The notes under the pieces were generated by a model. It did not search any database. It saw only the letters and a list, made by a program, of their open reading frames with translations, and was not told where the DNA came from. This document shows positions 1 through 14,280 of a stretch of DNA of 64,000 bases, piece by piece. Within the stretch, counting starts at the first letter, position 1. Each line of letters starts with the position of its first letter. The position numbers were made by a program, and so were the translations under genes. This DNA is from the human T2T-CHM13v2.0 reference genome, Homo sapiens, in the NCBI RefSeq assembly GCF_009914755.1, contig NC_060942.1; one strand, written 5' to 3'.

Positions 1-2729
1 TTGCAAAAAGTTACACGTTCTTCATTCTCTCTGTGGAGCTCCTTTTAAAAAGTGAGCAATAATCTGCTATCTCTAAGCAATCTGATTTCCTCTTAATTTC
101 TTTTCATCTTGAGCAGGGGAAATCCATGGTATGAAGGCCATGAGAGAGAAACGTAGTGTCATTTATTCTGCTTCTGCTGTGTTCCTGGATGACTTCAAAC
201 GTAGAAAGCTGCAAGAGACAAAAGGGGGAAAAAGCATTTTATTTTTTTGATAGATATAATCAAAATATTACAATAAAATTGACCATTTGTTTTTATCTAA
301 TGAACACATTTTAAAATTTAATTTTTCCCCCCAAGATTTTGGAGTGTTTTGAGGCTGAGGATTATACTCACCGGAGCAAGTACTGTTTGATGGTAACAGG
401 AATTTTGAGTTCAGAATAGCTAGGAACCCTGGAATAATTCTCTGAGAATGAAACACCAAAGGCCACAAAGACAGTAATGTAGGATGCACTGGCTTCTCAA
501 AGCCCTTACTAGCCTTGTATAAAGGATGATAGATAGAAGTCGAGTATATGCGAACTCTGAAATAAACTCTCTTTCTGAACCTTTTCAAAAAGAAGCAGCA
601 CCAAAATAGTAGACCAGTTATAATGTTCCCCTAAAAACCAGAAGCCATGAGACCATTGGGCAAAGAACAAAGAGCTCAGGGGTTTGGCCTGACGGCCTCA
701 AGAATGTGTTTTGTTACATGGTGGACACGGCTAACCGTTTTGCTGTCTAACTCACGAATGATGATCCTTGGAAGATGAGACTGTGAGATGTGTCCAAAGT
801 TAGATTCACATGCATTGAGAAAAACATTTCTCCTACCCTGAGATTGCAGAGGAGGGACAGAGGCCTGGAGACAGCTCAGGGGTGGCTTTGCCTCACTGAC
901 ATTGTGGGTGACATCGTTAGCCAGCTCCAGCACGCTGGCATGGCATCCAGAACTGCCACTTTAGCCCATGTTTGCAGCCTGATATTATGAAAATCTTTCA
1001 TCAACACTAAAAATAATATTTAGCAAGCCTCATCGATCCTTCTTTAAATAAAGCACCTATTTTAGGTGGAGGTTAGCAATTTTATTCATAGGATTAATTT
1101 CATCCTACAAACTGCTGTGCAATGTCTGACAAAAGATCTTTTTATAAATTCAACGTTGGAAAATAAGTCATAATCCCATCTGCTCCCTTCATTTCTCCCT
1201 GCTCTATAGAAGGCATGCAGCAATACAAGGTCTCCTGCAGGCCGAGACAGGTAGAACAGATATTAATAAATCACCAGCAAATATATAGATGAAGGTGACA
1301 GTGGCTATAAGAAATCAAATCATTACACTTGTTCTGCTGCTACACACTGAGGGACTAGTTCTTGGCATAGAACATGGACCCCAGAATATCTAAACTTCCA
1401 AATGTCCCCCAAGGCTTCCTGAGCTTCCAGGATCAACACTGTTCTGACCTCTGGCCTTCAACAGATGAAGCCCAAATTCTCCAAGAGAGGGCAAGTACAT
1501 GTGAAAACAAACAAGGTTTAGATTCTCAATCTCTGTATTCTGAGTTTTCACAATAGTTGAGTGTGGGCAACTTTGTTAAAAATAAAGAAAGAAGGAAAGA
1601 AAGGAACGAAGAAAATACGGTGAATTTAAAGCAGACGCTTAAATAAAACAATCAATTGCTATATAAAACCTGAGTTGAGCAAGATTTCTATTTGCCAGTC
1701 CTTAATTAGGTTTTGAAAGAAAGGGAATCCCTCCACCAAGTACTAAGAATATTTTGCTGCCTGCTGCTTTTTCTGGCAGAATCTTCCTGGTTTGTGGAAA
1801 GAGTGCTATTCTGACATTGGATGCTGCTGAGAATCGGGCAACAGTCTTAGTGAGGTGACCATCATCTGAGGAGGTATGAGGTTTGGAAGCATCACGGGGC
1901 CCTGGGCACATAGGCTCCCATGTTGCTCTGACATGAAACATTGACCAAATGTCTTGGCCTCCCTGTGCCTTGAGTCACAGTAAAGCTAGTCTCCTGACGA
2001 TAGTGATGAGTATTGCATGTGGGTACCAGAGGCCAGGCTCTGAGTGCTGAGTCTCAGGAAGACTCCCTATAGGTTTACAGAACCCCCACTCCTAGTAAAA
2101 TACTTGATCGAACACACTTGCTGGATTTCTGTGATCAGTATCCGTTTTTCTTTCTCCTTCCTCCTCCCCCAGTCTCATTGCTGTTCGTTGTACCTTGAAT
2201 TTCCCCTTGCCTGTATTTTCATTCAAATCCGAACTCTTATTTGAATCCAATGCAGTCTCACCTTTGGGTCTATATATAGCCTCTTGTCTATGAACTTTTG
2301 GTACAAATGCATCGTCTCCTCTTCTTGGACTTCCTGTGTTCTGATTATGAGACACTCAAAAACATGCTGGCAGTCGCTGAGGTCCAGGCTCCAGGCCTCC
2401 ACGCTGATGCTCCTGGGCCCCCCTACCTGAGTGTTCCTTGGGCATCCTAAGGATGCTTCCTGAAGAAAGTCTAAGGTGGAATCCAACAGTCCCTCTCCCA
2501 GAGATTCTTTCTTTACTCCCCATTTGAGCCTCCAGAGCCCTAGCCCATGCCAGATGTTCAGCTGCCAAGCTTTCTGTCTCCGCACTAAACCCAGTCCATC
2601 TCCAGGCTTTACTATTGTGAATTCTAAATGTCTTTGATTTTGTCTGCTTTTATTTTCTCCTGATCACCCCCTGTGAAATTACCTACCTGAACCAGTGGTC
2701 TCTGGCTTGTATCTGGAGAAGACACGTAA

Positions 2730-3210
2730 CTATCATCCTGCCTCTAATCTTGCCTCCTTCGGTAACCTCCCATTTTGCTGCTGAACTCTTCTTTCCAGAG
2801 CAGAGATCCAATGTCTGTACTTAAACCCTTTAATGATTCCCATTGCTCTTAGGATATTAGTATAAAACAGGACACATAAGGCCATTCGTGGTCTGGTATG
2901 ATCTGCTTCCCTCCAAATCAATTTCTCAGCATCCCCTGCCTCTCTTCTCCACTTCCCCCACCTTGCAATTTTCATTCCAGCCAGACCGAACAGGTTCTAT
3001 GACCCAGTCTCTAGAATATGACTGGTCCCTCTTGTCTCAGAATCTCTGTATAAGGGCCATCCTTGCTTGACTTAGGATGTCTTCCTTCTTGTAAGTCTCA
3101 TGAGTGCAAACACCTTGTCTACTTCAACACGTGATCTGCATTGCTTAGAACAGGGATGAATAAATTGTAGACACCTCAAATATGTTTAATAAATTAATCA
3201 AATAAATGAC
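2730..3210 (+). mobile_element. L2 LINE 3' fragment
   Basis: L2-like 'cttaaaccctttaatgattcccattgctcttagg...aaggccattcgtggtctgg' and a degenerate L2 3' end 'tagacacctcaaatatgtttaataaattaatcaaataaatga'. Confidence 0.65.
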
Positions 3211-3356
3211 ATATAGGCATTCAAATGAGTGCTGTGCCCTTCATAGTATTTATCTTAGAAAACAATAGCAAAAACAAAAGAAACAAAGAACAACTATTTA
3301 TTTTGCAAAGAAACAAACTCCTGATTTGTACTTGCTTAGGATGATGATGCCTAGGA

Positions 3357-3432
3357 GTCTCTCTCTCTCTGTCTCACACACACACACATACACACACACA
3401 CACACACACATACACACACACACACACACACA
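3357..3432. repeat. Compound (CT)n(CA)n microsatellite
   Basis: Directly visible dinucleotide tracts. Confidence 0.97.
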
Positions 3433-4363
3433 GTCATTATCTAGCATGGCTATCCATGTTGTTTCCCAAGATGAGTTCCAAGTTACTATTGATTATAGAC
3501 ATAAAATTTATTATCAAAGGATAAAAATAAATTTTTTTTGTCCCCAAGGAAATGTAAAGAATGTGGCTTGGTTGCAAAAAGTGTTTTCATGTAAATGCAA
3601 AGTTACTCCTCTATTTATTGTGCACTTACTACATGCCAAGTACTGTGCTAGGGACTGGAATTGCACTAAAGAATAAAAAATAACTCCTGCTCCATTGACT
3701 GCTGAAAAGATGCCTCGACATGCCTGCCGGCTTCCTACTTAAGAGGAACCCACTCCACATATCAGAGGAGGAAGGAAGAGGGAGGAGCACTGGGGGAAGG
3801 GAAAGATGGGTCAAGGAGAAGAGAGCCCTGCATTACCTCTGGGGCCCAGGGGCTTTCTGGAGAACTACAGTGGCTAAGGAGAATGTATTCAGTTGCCTTC
3901 GCTGTGGTAGGAATGGAAAACCTCCTCCAGCTCATCCGCATCATCCAAACCCTCAGCTGTCACTAAGAATGGAGGATGTTTCTTATTGTTGTTTTGTATC
4001 TGTTTTTGAAGAGAGAATAAGAGGATCCGGGAGAGTGGGCATTTGGCAAACACAAACCTGGTGGTCTGATGCTTCACCCTGGGTGGTTTTGGACCCTTTG
4101 AACGTACCACATAATTGGCTTTGGTATTTTGCGTACCCCGCTCAGGGATGAGTGACACCAGCAAAAAAGAGGGGGAAAGTTCATCTTGGTTTTTGAATTC
4201 TGAGAGCATAGAATTCAGAGAACACAAAATATTCAGTTTATAAAATGTGTTTGTAAGAATGGCTGACAATTAACAGTCATGCACCCAATCCTGACAAGAT
4301 CAAGATTCCCTGGGACTTTCAGATAGGGAAAGAGGAGTGCACAAATACTCCCTCTTCTGTTAG

Positions 4364-4481
4364 TGGGTCCCTAATGGAAGAGACACTGAGCTCTGTCATC
4401 CTTCTGCTGCACCATGAACACCTCATACAGAGCTAACAAAAACACCAGAAAGGATTGGAGAATCTGGGCATACTTTCCCAG
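4364..4481 (+). ncRNA. Candidate non-coding exon (118 nt)
   Basis: Pyrimidine tract and acceptor 'ctccctcttctgttag|', perfect donor 'CAG|GTAAGT'; stop codons in all three frames. Confidence 0.35.
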
Positions 4482-4879
4482 GTAAGTCTCCATGGAAGCA
4501 CCAAGCGCCCACAGTGACAGTGGATATAGGGATCTCAAGGCAGAGGGGACTTAACAGCTGCCCAGAGCTTCCCATAGCCAAGCGGTGATCAGCAGTGGCA
4601 GAACAATTCTCTGTGTTCTCTGTATGGAGATGGGTGAGAGCTTGCAGAGCAGGAGTGGGGCTGAAGGGTCCCTGCTCCAGCGACTGGCTCCCCAGCCAGA
4701 GGGAGAGGTCTCTGCTGCTGGGAGTCTCTGCTGATGTCAGAATGGATGACCCCGAAGTGTGACAACATCTGCGGTCCTGGGGAAGATGAGCATCCCGACT
4801 TGCCTGGGAGTGTGCTCCCATCACCAGGCGGAACTAGCATGTGAGATGATAGTGAAGCTCTTAGCTGCACACAAAACAA

Positions 4880-6150
4880 ACATCCTTACTCAGAGATCAC
4901 CACCACTAACAACTCTGAGGGTCCTTTTCTTCCATGGACACACACAGACTCAACTAAAGTTATATAGGATGTATCTAATCATCCATCAATCATCTGCTTA
5001 TTCATCTATAGTATCTATCATTTGTCTACAACTTTATTCACTTGAGGTAGCAAAGACATCTTTTCATCTATGTACAGCTCTGTCTCATTCACTTTAGTAG
5101 CTACATAATATTCAGCTTAATGGTGGCATTACAATTTATTTAACCATTCCCCTATTGATGGAAATTTGGTTGTTTACAGATTTTAATGAGAGGATGGCAT
5201 TCCATTTTATGAACTTATCATAATTCATGAAAGCATCTCTTACTGGCAGATATTACGCTGCAGGCAATGTTTACTGTTACAGTACTCAGTCAAAATCCCT
5301 GTACATATACCTTTATAATGTTTTTATTTTATTTTTTGTTAGATCCGTAAAAGTGAAATGGCATGGCCAAAGGGTATGCAAATATATTTTATTAGATAAT
5401 TCCAAATTGCCCCCAAAATGTTTGTAGCAGTTGGTTGTTCCTGCCAACAATTATGAAGCTGCCTAGTTTTTCACAGCCTCGACAGCAATCAATGTTAACA
5501 ATATATGACATGTTGACAATCAGATTTGGCAAAAACTATTTTGTTGTTATTCACTTCCTTATTCCTTTAATCAATACCGTGGTTGAGCATCTTTTCACAG
5601 ATTTATTTGCCGTGTGTACTTCTTTTTTGCCTATAAGTATTCTTTATCCCTTTAGGGTATTGTCTGTCATTTTCTTCCAATGAGTTGGATTTCTCTGAAT
5701 ATGGGATATTAATAGTCAGTTGTAAATGTTTTCCCTCCCTTGTTTGTCACTTACGTTTTAATTTTGTTTAGTCTGGTTTTTATTGGGAAAAAGTTTATAA
5801 AATTTGGTAAGTCCCTTCTTTCCTTTTGTTTACTCTCACTGCAAGGCTACAGAAATGTTCCTCCATCTTTTCTTCCAGTATTCTTTGGATTTTATTTTTA
5901 CATTTAGGTCTTTGATTCAACATACATGTATTTTTGTTGATAATATAAGGTAGGGATCTTCATCTTACTTTTTCCAAATGCATAGTCAGTTGTTCTCATT
6001 CAACATATTTAAAAAACCATACTTTTTGCTAATTTTAAATGCTGATTTTATCATAGATTAGAGACCCTTGTGTACTTAACTTGGTGTCTGTGCTGCTTTT
6101 TTTGTTCCATTGGTGGATTTGTCTGGTGCCGAACTCTTACTTATATTTTC
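4880..6150 (-). mobile_element. Old L1 (L1ME/L1MC-type) antisense fragments
   Basis: 'aatttatttaaccattcccctattgatggaaatttggttgttt', 'ggttgagcatcttttcacagatttatttgcc', 'taggtctttgattca...taaggtagggatct' match L1M ORF2/3'UTR antisense. Confidence 0.75.
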
Positions 6151-7290
6151 ATCATCCTTGCTGTAAGTTGGGAGGCTTTTCAACCCCTGGAGTTCCTGGG
6201 AGGTAGAAACGACATGTTGGTTCTTCTGTTCCACAGAGGACAGAGCACACTGCTGAACACAGAGCTTCCTTTAGGAGAAAATTTGGATTTTCGCACATTC
6301 AGGAAGAAATTATTAAACTAAGTAGCTAAAACCCAAGGTAATAAAATCCCTGTTAATGGGCAGGAAGGCCTCCCCAGAACTTAAATTCTTCCTGGTGCTC
6401 CTCGTGTGCATTTGCATGCGGACAGCATCCTCCCCGGGCAGGAGAAGCACCTCTGGGAGAGCCTCAGTTTACCTTCCAGCTTCCAGGGTGCATGGCCTTT
6501 CCAGTTGCCATCTCAAGCAAGGGAGCACCTGCCTCAGGAAGGGCAGCTCCCGCTAAATCTTCAGATGTTAAAGGGCAGTGGGAGACGTCACATTCTCCCA
6601 GCAAGAGAGTAGAGAGAACGGGTAGGTGTAAATCTCAGGCAGCTGACTGTTGGAATCCATAAGGCCTACCTTGTAAATAATTCACTTCGGTGCAGAAAAT
6701 CTGCATATGAGCATGAAATGTCATTTATAACTCATGGGATATTGGCTTGGCTGGGAACAACTTTCCAGCCAACTCATTAAGTGCTGCTAAGGAAGAGAGA
6801 ATATAGCTAATGTAGAATAAACTCCCTATAGTAAGCCTGTGACTGTACAGACTAGTTAGCAGTATTCAAACTGAAAATAAAACTCAAGACTATGCCTGCG
6901 TAATCACTCAACCCTCCGTAAGCTCAACGGCTCTCCAGGGTTAGCTTGGCTCTACCTCATTTCCCAAGGTGCTTCCAGGCCTGCCCTTCACTGAAACCCA
7001 GAGCAGACCAGGAGAAATGTTGGCCGCAGTGCTTTCTCGTGAAGTGATGCGTACTTACTGGCTGCAAAGAGAATATATAATGTTCCAATTAAGAACTTAT
7101 CGCCCTGAAATTCTGGAATCTCACATAGATGACTTGTGGAGAAACAAGATGGTCTTTGTAATGAGCTCCTTTTCTCTCTTTATTAAATATTGATTGACTA
7201 TGGAAGAAATTCAATTTCCAAATAGAGTTTAAGTCTTATTCCTAGGGTATTTGGTAGTAAGCTTTTTATTTTTTTGTTTGCTTGTTTCAG

Positions 7291-7377
7291 TTTTGATGTG
7301 AGGACTGTGAACATCTCCAGAACAGGAGACATTTGGAAGAGCTTGTGCCCACTGGTATCTGAAACTTGGCTGCTCAT
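7291..7377 (+). ncRNA. Candidate exon (87 nt)
   Basis: Strong acceptor 'tttttgtttgcttgtttcag|' and donor 'cat|gtgagt'; one open frame with no recognisable protein. Confidence 0.3.
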
Positions 7378-7979
7378 GTGAGTGGGTGCTTTATTTTTAT
7401 TTTTATTTTTCCGAGTGAGGCTGGGTATGTTGAAAACACAAAAAGCCTACAGTGGGAGAAAGAAGGAGTTTTTTACCTGTTGAAGGAAAAATAAAATTAA
7501 TATGCCTTCCAGTTTAAATATAAGCCTCTGAAAACGTTTCCAGCCAATTGTACACTTATCTGTTGGTACACAGAGACCTTAACTAAGCACAACTGGAATC
7601 ACTCTAGAAATAAACTCAAAGAAGGGCTGAGATTTCTTGGCCTTCTTCCCAAGAGAGTTATTTACTAAAAGACCAGGAGGGATTCATTATGAAATGGTTT
7701 ACCTATTAGAAGGTCCCATGTCACTGGCTCTCAGAGGCGATTAGAGATTTGCAGGCTCTCACTGACGAAATGCTCATCCTGTCTCAAGGAGCGACCTCAG
7801 ATAGAAGGAGGTCGCTGCAGTATACATGGCTCACTCTGTCTATCTATGTGGCCCCGTGCTCTATCACGGATGGATATTAATTTCATCTGGCCTAATTTCC
7901 TTTTTACAAAGTAATTTGATAGCTACCCAGCATGTGCACTCTCCTAGGTGGCTACAGATTGATTGCTTGATGAATGTTC

Positions 7980-8287
<308 letters not shown>

Positions 8288-11029
8288 TTAATTTTGTTTA
8301 AAATAAATAAGTTTATATATTTAAGGTCGTGTTTCAGAAGTAAAACCAGAACTGTGGTTTTTATTGAGTTATAAAATTAGTTGGGGAAAAGATAATGCAT
8401 GTAAAACAACTCTTGAGATCTGCCGTGTAGAATTTTAAGTATCAGTGTAAATTAAAAGCAGATTCACAGAGAGTTCTATGAAACCGAGTTCCCTATTAAG
8501 TTGAGGGTGCCAGACTGGATCATTTCTCAGGTTTCTCACGGCTTTTAAATACAATAAGTAAAAGCCCAGTGAGTTATCAAACAGATCTGTGACCAGTATG
8601 ACTTTAGTGTTCCAGTGTGATTTGAGCATATACATCACTGACTGATTTTTTTTTTAGTGGTCAAAAATACATTTGACAATGTGCCAACAAAATTTTTCTC
8701 AAATCATGCCATATATCATTGGTTTAGCAGAGGTTACAATTCATAGCAATAAGTTTTGTGCCTTTTATTCTGAATTTCACAGTCTTTTAAGAAAGCATCT
8801 TGACCGATAATTGGCTGAAAGACCATAAACAAAATCAATGAAAATTAACATCAATGAAAATAAATCTAGTCAAGGTGGTGGCCATTGGAATAACAGGAGC
8901 CCTGAAGTTAAGTTTTATTTAGCATTCTTCTTCTTTCTCAGAAAGAAAAACAATAAACACATAGCAAATTAAATATGTGATCCCAAAACCAACTATATCC
9001 AAAAATTCTTGGCTAAAAACTTGTAGATATACTTTCAAGAAGTGGAAAAATGGAAGAAAATGATTTCCTTAAGCTAACAAATGAGAAAATTGTTAATATG
9101 GGGCCTTATCCTTTCTGTGGCTGGTGGCTCTCTCTGGTTGCAGATTGTGTGCACAGGGAAGGACAATGCCTCTTTCGTGTTATGAGGGGGCATGAGCCAC
9201 CGTGGGAAGGAGAGAACTCAGTATTACCTGCTGTTAACTAGATGAAGCAAAAGTTGTTTTAATTAGGTTGGTTCTCCCAGCTCCCTTCCCCCAATCCCAG
9301 CATCCATCTACTGGTAAAATAGGGCTAGGCACCATTGAAGAATGTAGGATGGAGCTTCCCATAAGCTGAAAGTAGTTAAGCTTAGGGTCAGGGATCCACT
9401 GATGATGGGAGAAACTGGACTCGCCTTGCTGCTGGAGTATTGCAGTGAGAGAGAGCAGGTACTTAGCCACCCTTCTGTTTCAAAGCTGGAGCTACTTGGG
9501 TTGTATCATGTTTGAATTTTAATAGTTTACCAGCTAATAGGCCTCTAGCCTTGAAGAATTCAAGAAGGAAAAGGAGAAAGGTAGGACTTCTTAATGCTGC
9601 TAAAGTCTCTATTCCAGTTATAAAGAGGTGGAATTGGTGGATTTAATTATTGTTGAAATATATGTCGTTGCATCTTCACTACAAAATCAGGGTCTCTGTC
9701 TCTCTTTTTTTAAATTTAAAGTGGTCTTCAACATGCAACAATCATTAGAGAGCTACTCTGTGCATCATTTGGAGACAGTAAGGATTTTTAAATAATTAGG
9801 TTTGAATAAAATATACTTAGATCTGTACTGCTTGATTAAATGATGTTTTAATGTTGCAAAAGGGCCATCAGGAGGCATTTGCTTGAGTGGAAACCTGGGT
9901 GCTTCCTCACTGGGCTGAGGAGTAAGTGATTAAAGAAAGTCACTGGAGCATTGGGTCTCAATTCTTTCTTTACTGCTATGCTTGTCCTACGTTTGAAGCC
10001 AAGGAGTTGCTTGGGTATGTTATCTGGGCATTAACACAATAAAACCAAGTTGGAGATGATGGAGCAGAAAGAAATATTGGGAGCTTTCCTGGGCCCTTTT
10101 TCCAGGATCCTCCAGTTTTAGGATCCTCGGGCCCTGTCTGGAGATCCACTGACCTGGGGATCCACAGGTATTTGTGATATTCCACAAATGCCACCACTGC
10201 CAGTAGTGAGAGAGTAGTACTTCCACAGGAAAACTAGAAGCCAATGAGCCATTCTTAACGGGAATCCTAAGAGCATGAACAATATTCTTCTCCTAATTAG
10301 GATTTCATAACGTGTGAAGTGCATGGAGGCACCTGGACTTCTCTAGAGTCTGAATTTGGACATTATTTTGTTCTATTTGGGTTGATCGCGAAGCAGTTTT
10401 CCTGTAAATGTGACTAACTTAAGTAAAACAAATACAAAACAAAAACCAGCTTTAGGTCCCATGAGGAACTTCCAGAAATATCTAAAGTCTGTAGTCACTA
10501 AAGAACAAGTATAATTCCTAATGGCAATGCTTCCTACAGCATTCTGTGTAAACGTTGAACCCCAAGATATTAACAGGTTATTTTTAAGAAAGGAGGTTTT
10601 ATTAATTTGGGAAACACTTGATAAAACAAAGTGCACAGGGACAGTATTTTGGGGGCAGTGAAACAAAATCCATTCCCCTCTATGATTCTGAGCTGCAGGC
10701 TCTCCTGTGGCTCCCACCATGAGATATGGGTCTGGCTGGCAGGACCTCTGCTGTGGCCACAAGTCGGGAGTGGAGGGAGCTGAGGAGGTGGCGTGTGCAA
10801 GGTCTCTGTGGTCAGGGAGGGTCAGAAAAAATGGAAGATCTCATCCTAGTGTTTCTCTCACGTGGAGCTCTGTGGGGTCAGGGTGGGGAACATGACAGGA
10901 ATATCAAAATAGTGTAAGATACCCAAGAACTTTGGGACTAGATGCCCAACTTCCATGTGTAGCTTGGGGAAGGCTGCAGGCCTGTAGGAGAAGCCTTTGT
11001 TCAGCTCAGCTCCATGTCCAGAAGAAAGT

Positions 11030-11277
11030 AAAATTGTGAGAGGAGTGGAACTGTTTCACATTTTTACAAACCTCTGTAATGCCCAGCTTAATAGAAGGCA
11101 ACTGGGTTTTCTTATCTGCTTCTGCACTGAGTCTTTCGAAATACCTAACCTCATTCAGGCTCTGGAAAACCCCATTGCACATAATACTAATGTCTTAGTA
11201 TTATCATGCAAGTAATTTTGAGCTTTTGGATCCCTGAAAACACCTCAGGGACTCCCGGACTACACTTTGAGAACCAA
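11030..11277. mobile_element. hAT-Charlie DNA transposon end (Charlie1-like)
   Basis: 'gtgagaggagtggaactgtttcacatttttacaaacctctgtaatg...cttaatagaagg' and terminal 'ccggactacactttgagaacc' resemble the Charlie1 terminus. Confidence 0.7.
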
Positions 11278-11669
11278 TATGACGTGATTGGGGTTGAGAC
11301 AAAGAGACAACATAGCCTTCACAAGTGGACAGCCAGAGTTCGGACTCCTTGGGGAACCGGCTTGACCCCCAGTAGTCCAGCCAAAGCCGCCCACCCAGCA
11401 GGGCCACTGGCCCAGAATTCAGCATAAAAACTGTGTAAGAGAGGCCAGTGGGCATTCACAGGATGCTGTGGGAGGCTGCGACCCCTTATTCCTGAGACAG
11501 GGGCGCACCATGGAGAGGGATATGGGGAAGCAGGGATATAGGAATTTGACTCAATGGGCACCTCAAAGATTGTGTCATCTGAGTCACTGAACGTCTTTCG
11601 CAGGGCTTTGCATCAACTGAACATTTAACCCCCAGTTTTTTTTTTTAATCAAAAGAAACTGAGCTGGCA

Positions 11670-12260
11670 CACTTTAAAAAACAGACTGACTGTTCTTCAA
11701 AATATTAAATAGGGTTATCATACAACATAGCAGTTCTGGTCATAGAGATATACCCAAGAGAAGTAAAAACATATGTCCACACAAAAACTTGTATGCAAGT
11801 GTTCAGAGCAGCATGACTCATAATAGTCAAAATGTGGAAATGATCCAAATGTTCATCAAGTGATGAATGGATATACAAAATTTGATAAATCCGTAGAGTG
11901 GAATATTAGTCAGCCACAAAAAGGAGTGAAGGTAGACACATGCTGCAACAAAGATGAACTGGAAAACATTATACTTAGTGAGAGCCAGTCACAAAAGACC
12001 ACATGTTGGATGGTTCAATTTATCTGAAATGTCCAGAATAGGTAAAGCCATAGAAACAGGATGTGGTTGTCAGGGTCTCTAAGAATGGGGAGGAAGGAGT
12101 GACTGCTGATGGTCATGAGATTTCTTTATGGGGTTATAAAAATATTCTAAAATTAGTTATGGTAAAAGTTTCACAATTCTGTGAGTATATTAAAAACCAC
12201 TGAATTGGACACTTAAGGCTACATTTTATAGTAAGTAAATTATATCTCTACATGTTATTT
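11670..12260 (+). mobile_element. L1MB-type 3' end
   Basis: 'atatacccaagagaagtaaaaacatatgtccacacaaaaacttgta...gaaaacattatacttagtgagagccagtcacaaaagaccacatgttg'. Confidence 0.85.
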
Positions 12261-14009
12261 AGAAACACTTTGTCCTTAATTTATCATAATAGGACTTGAG
12301 AATTCAGTAAAAGACTTGAGTTCTCACTAATTGAGCTCAATAAGTTTCACTGTGAGATCAGATCAGTTATGAAAATTAAAATTCTGTATTAAAAATAATT
12401 CTACACTTTTCTTGCAAATCCCCCGCCCCAAATTCATCAATCTTTTTTCCTACAGGACTTCCCAGAGGTTTTACACATATGTCATTATGTCTGGTGAGGG
12501 TTCAAGGTTGAAGTGTTTCCCAAAACAGCTGCTCCTTGCACCTCTGCAATCTCAGAGCATTTTGTGTGGCTCTCTTAGTGTCCTAGAGAAATCAGTTAGA
12601 GAGGTTGTCCTTTTAACTTTAAGAGTAAAAAGAGGCTTTACTGATTTATATGGAAGGAGAAAAACCTTGGAAACAGAGTTAGGAGATAAATGTGTTTCTA
12701 TAGAACAGAAAAATTTAATTTAAAGGGACCTGAAGAGGAAGGCAGCCCCAGTGACCCTTCCTGGGGTGAGAGCTGTGCCAGGTGTGATCACACCACACCC
12801 CTCATCTTTCCAGCCAGGCCGTGAGGCCAGCGGGATGTCCCATGTAGCACAAAGAGATTTGGAGAAGTCACTTTGCTTATGGGAAAACAGCGAGAAGGTG
12901 ATGGGATGGGGCTCTGGCCTCAGGGATGTCTCATGGTTCCCGTGCCCTTTTCTTTAAACTTCACAATCAGAAAATATGGAGCCAATAGCACTGACTCAAG
13001 CCCATTTCAGGAAAGAGCAGTGAATTAATAAATTACTTGTGCTGTGTCCACCTCTGTTTTGATTGGCTGGAGTATTTCTACTGTGATAAGTGAAATTTAC
13101 CCATCACCTGTAAATTTCAAGTGTACAAGAGACATAAAAGTCCAAATTTTTTTTTTACTAATGGCCTTAATGAGCAAAGACACGGTCATTTTAGTGACAC
13201 GTTTTTGGAATGGAGGCAGAACACAGTCAGTTTGTTAGTTGTTGTCTATAACTGTTTTATCCTTTAGTTTTCAAATCTACCACTCAGATTGAACTGTTCG
13301 TTGCAATGCATTGCTTCAAGAATGTTTGACCATTTTGTCTCTTCTTCATTCAACAATACAAAGAAGAAGACCACCCATAGTTGTAATCTGACACTTCTAG
13401 CTATTCAGTTATGACTTCTCTGAATGTACAGATATCATTTCTGCTCAACCAAGATAAGCCATGTTACAGTATTGATCCACTGACACTTAAAAATAAGTAG
13501 CAAATACAATCAACAAGATTCTTATTTAGTGACTACATTTTATTACGGGTGTCCACGTCAGGACGAAAAATGGAATATTTACTTTTCCTTCCTTGACCTG
13601 AAACTTTATGAATCATTTTATGATTGCACATACAAGTAGAAGCAATATTATATAGAAATCTGATGAATAATATATAGTTTATGTAATTAACTCAGAGGAG
13701 GGAGGATTTCTTTCCATTATTAAGGGGGTATGTTTAGGATACAGCACTTGGGAGTTTCACACTAATAATGTCCTTGCATGGGGTGGAGGATCACTCTTCC
13801 TTCAATTGATAGGACTGTTGAAATCCCTGAAAACTTTGGAAGCATCCCAGTGCACTTGCTATCCTGTCTGCCTGATGCCTGTATCACTCCAAGTCCTGTG
13901 CATAGTAATGGATTTTTAAAATCATTGTGACAAGGGATGAAGTGCATGTCCCTTGTCCTAGAGCCCATATCACATTGTAGTAGATGTCTCATAGTGACAA
14001 CACCCCTGC

Positions 14010-14280
14010 CTCCCCAATCTCAGCAGTTTGTAACAATGAACACTTCTTTCTTATTTAAAATGTCTCACTAATGTGACACTGTGTGTCTTCTCATTCCCAG
14101 ACTCAGGCTAAGGAGCAGAGATCTGGGAGAACAGGCCCTTTTCATGGAAGATGAGAAGTACAAGGGGAAGAACCAAAGCACACAATTGCTTTTAAAGCTT
14201 CTGCTCAGATGTGCTGCACATCACACTCCTCACGCTGTTGTGGGCAAAGCAAGCCACAGGCCAAGCCTGGTAGTGGATCA
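14010..14280 (-). mobile_element. MaLR LTR fragment (MLT1K/L-like)
   Basis: 'gcttttaaagcttctgctcagatgtg...cacatcac...ggcaaagcaagccacaggccaagcct'. Confidence 0.6.
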
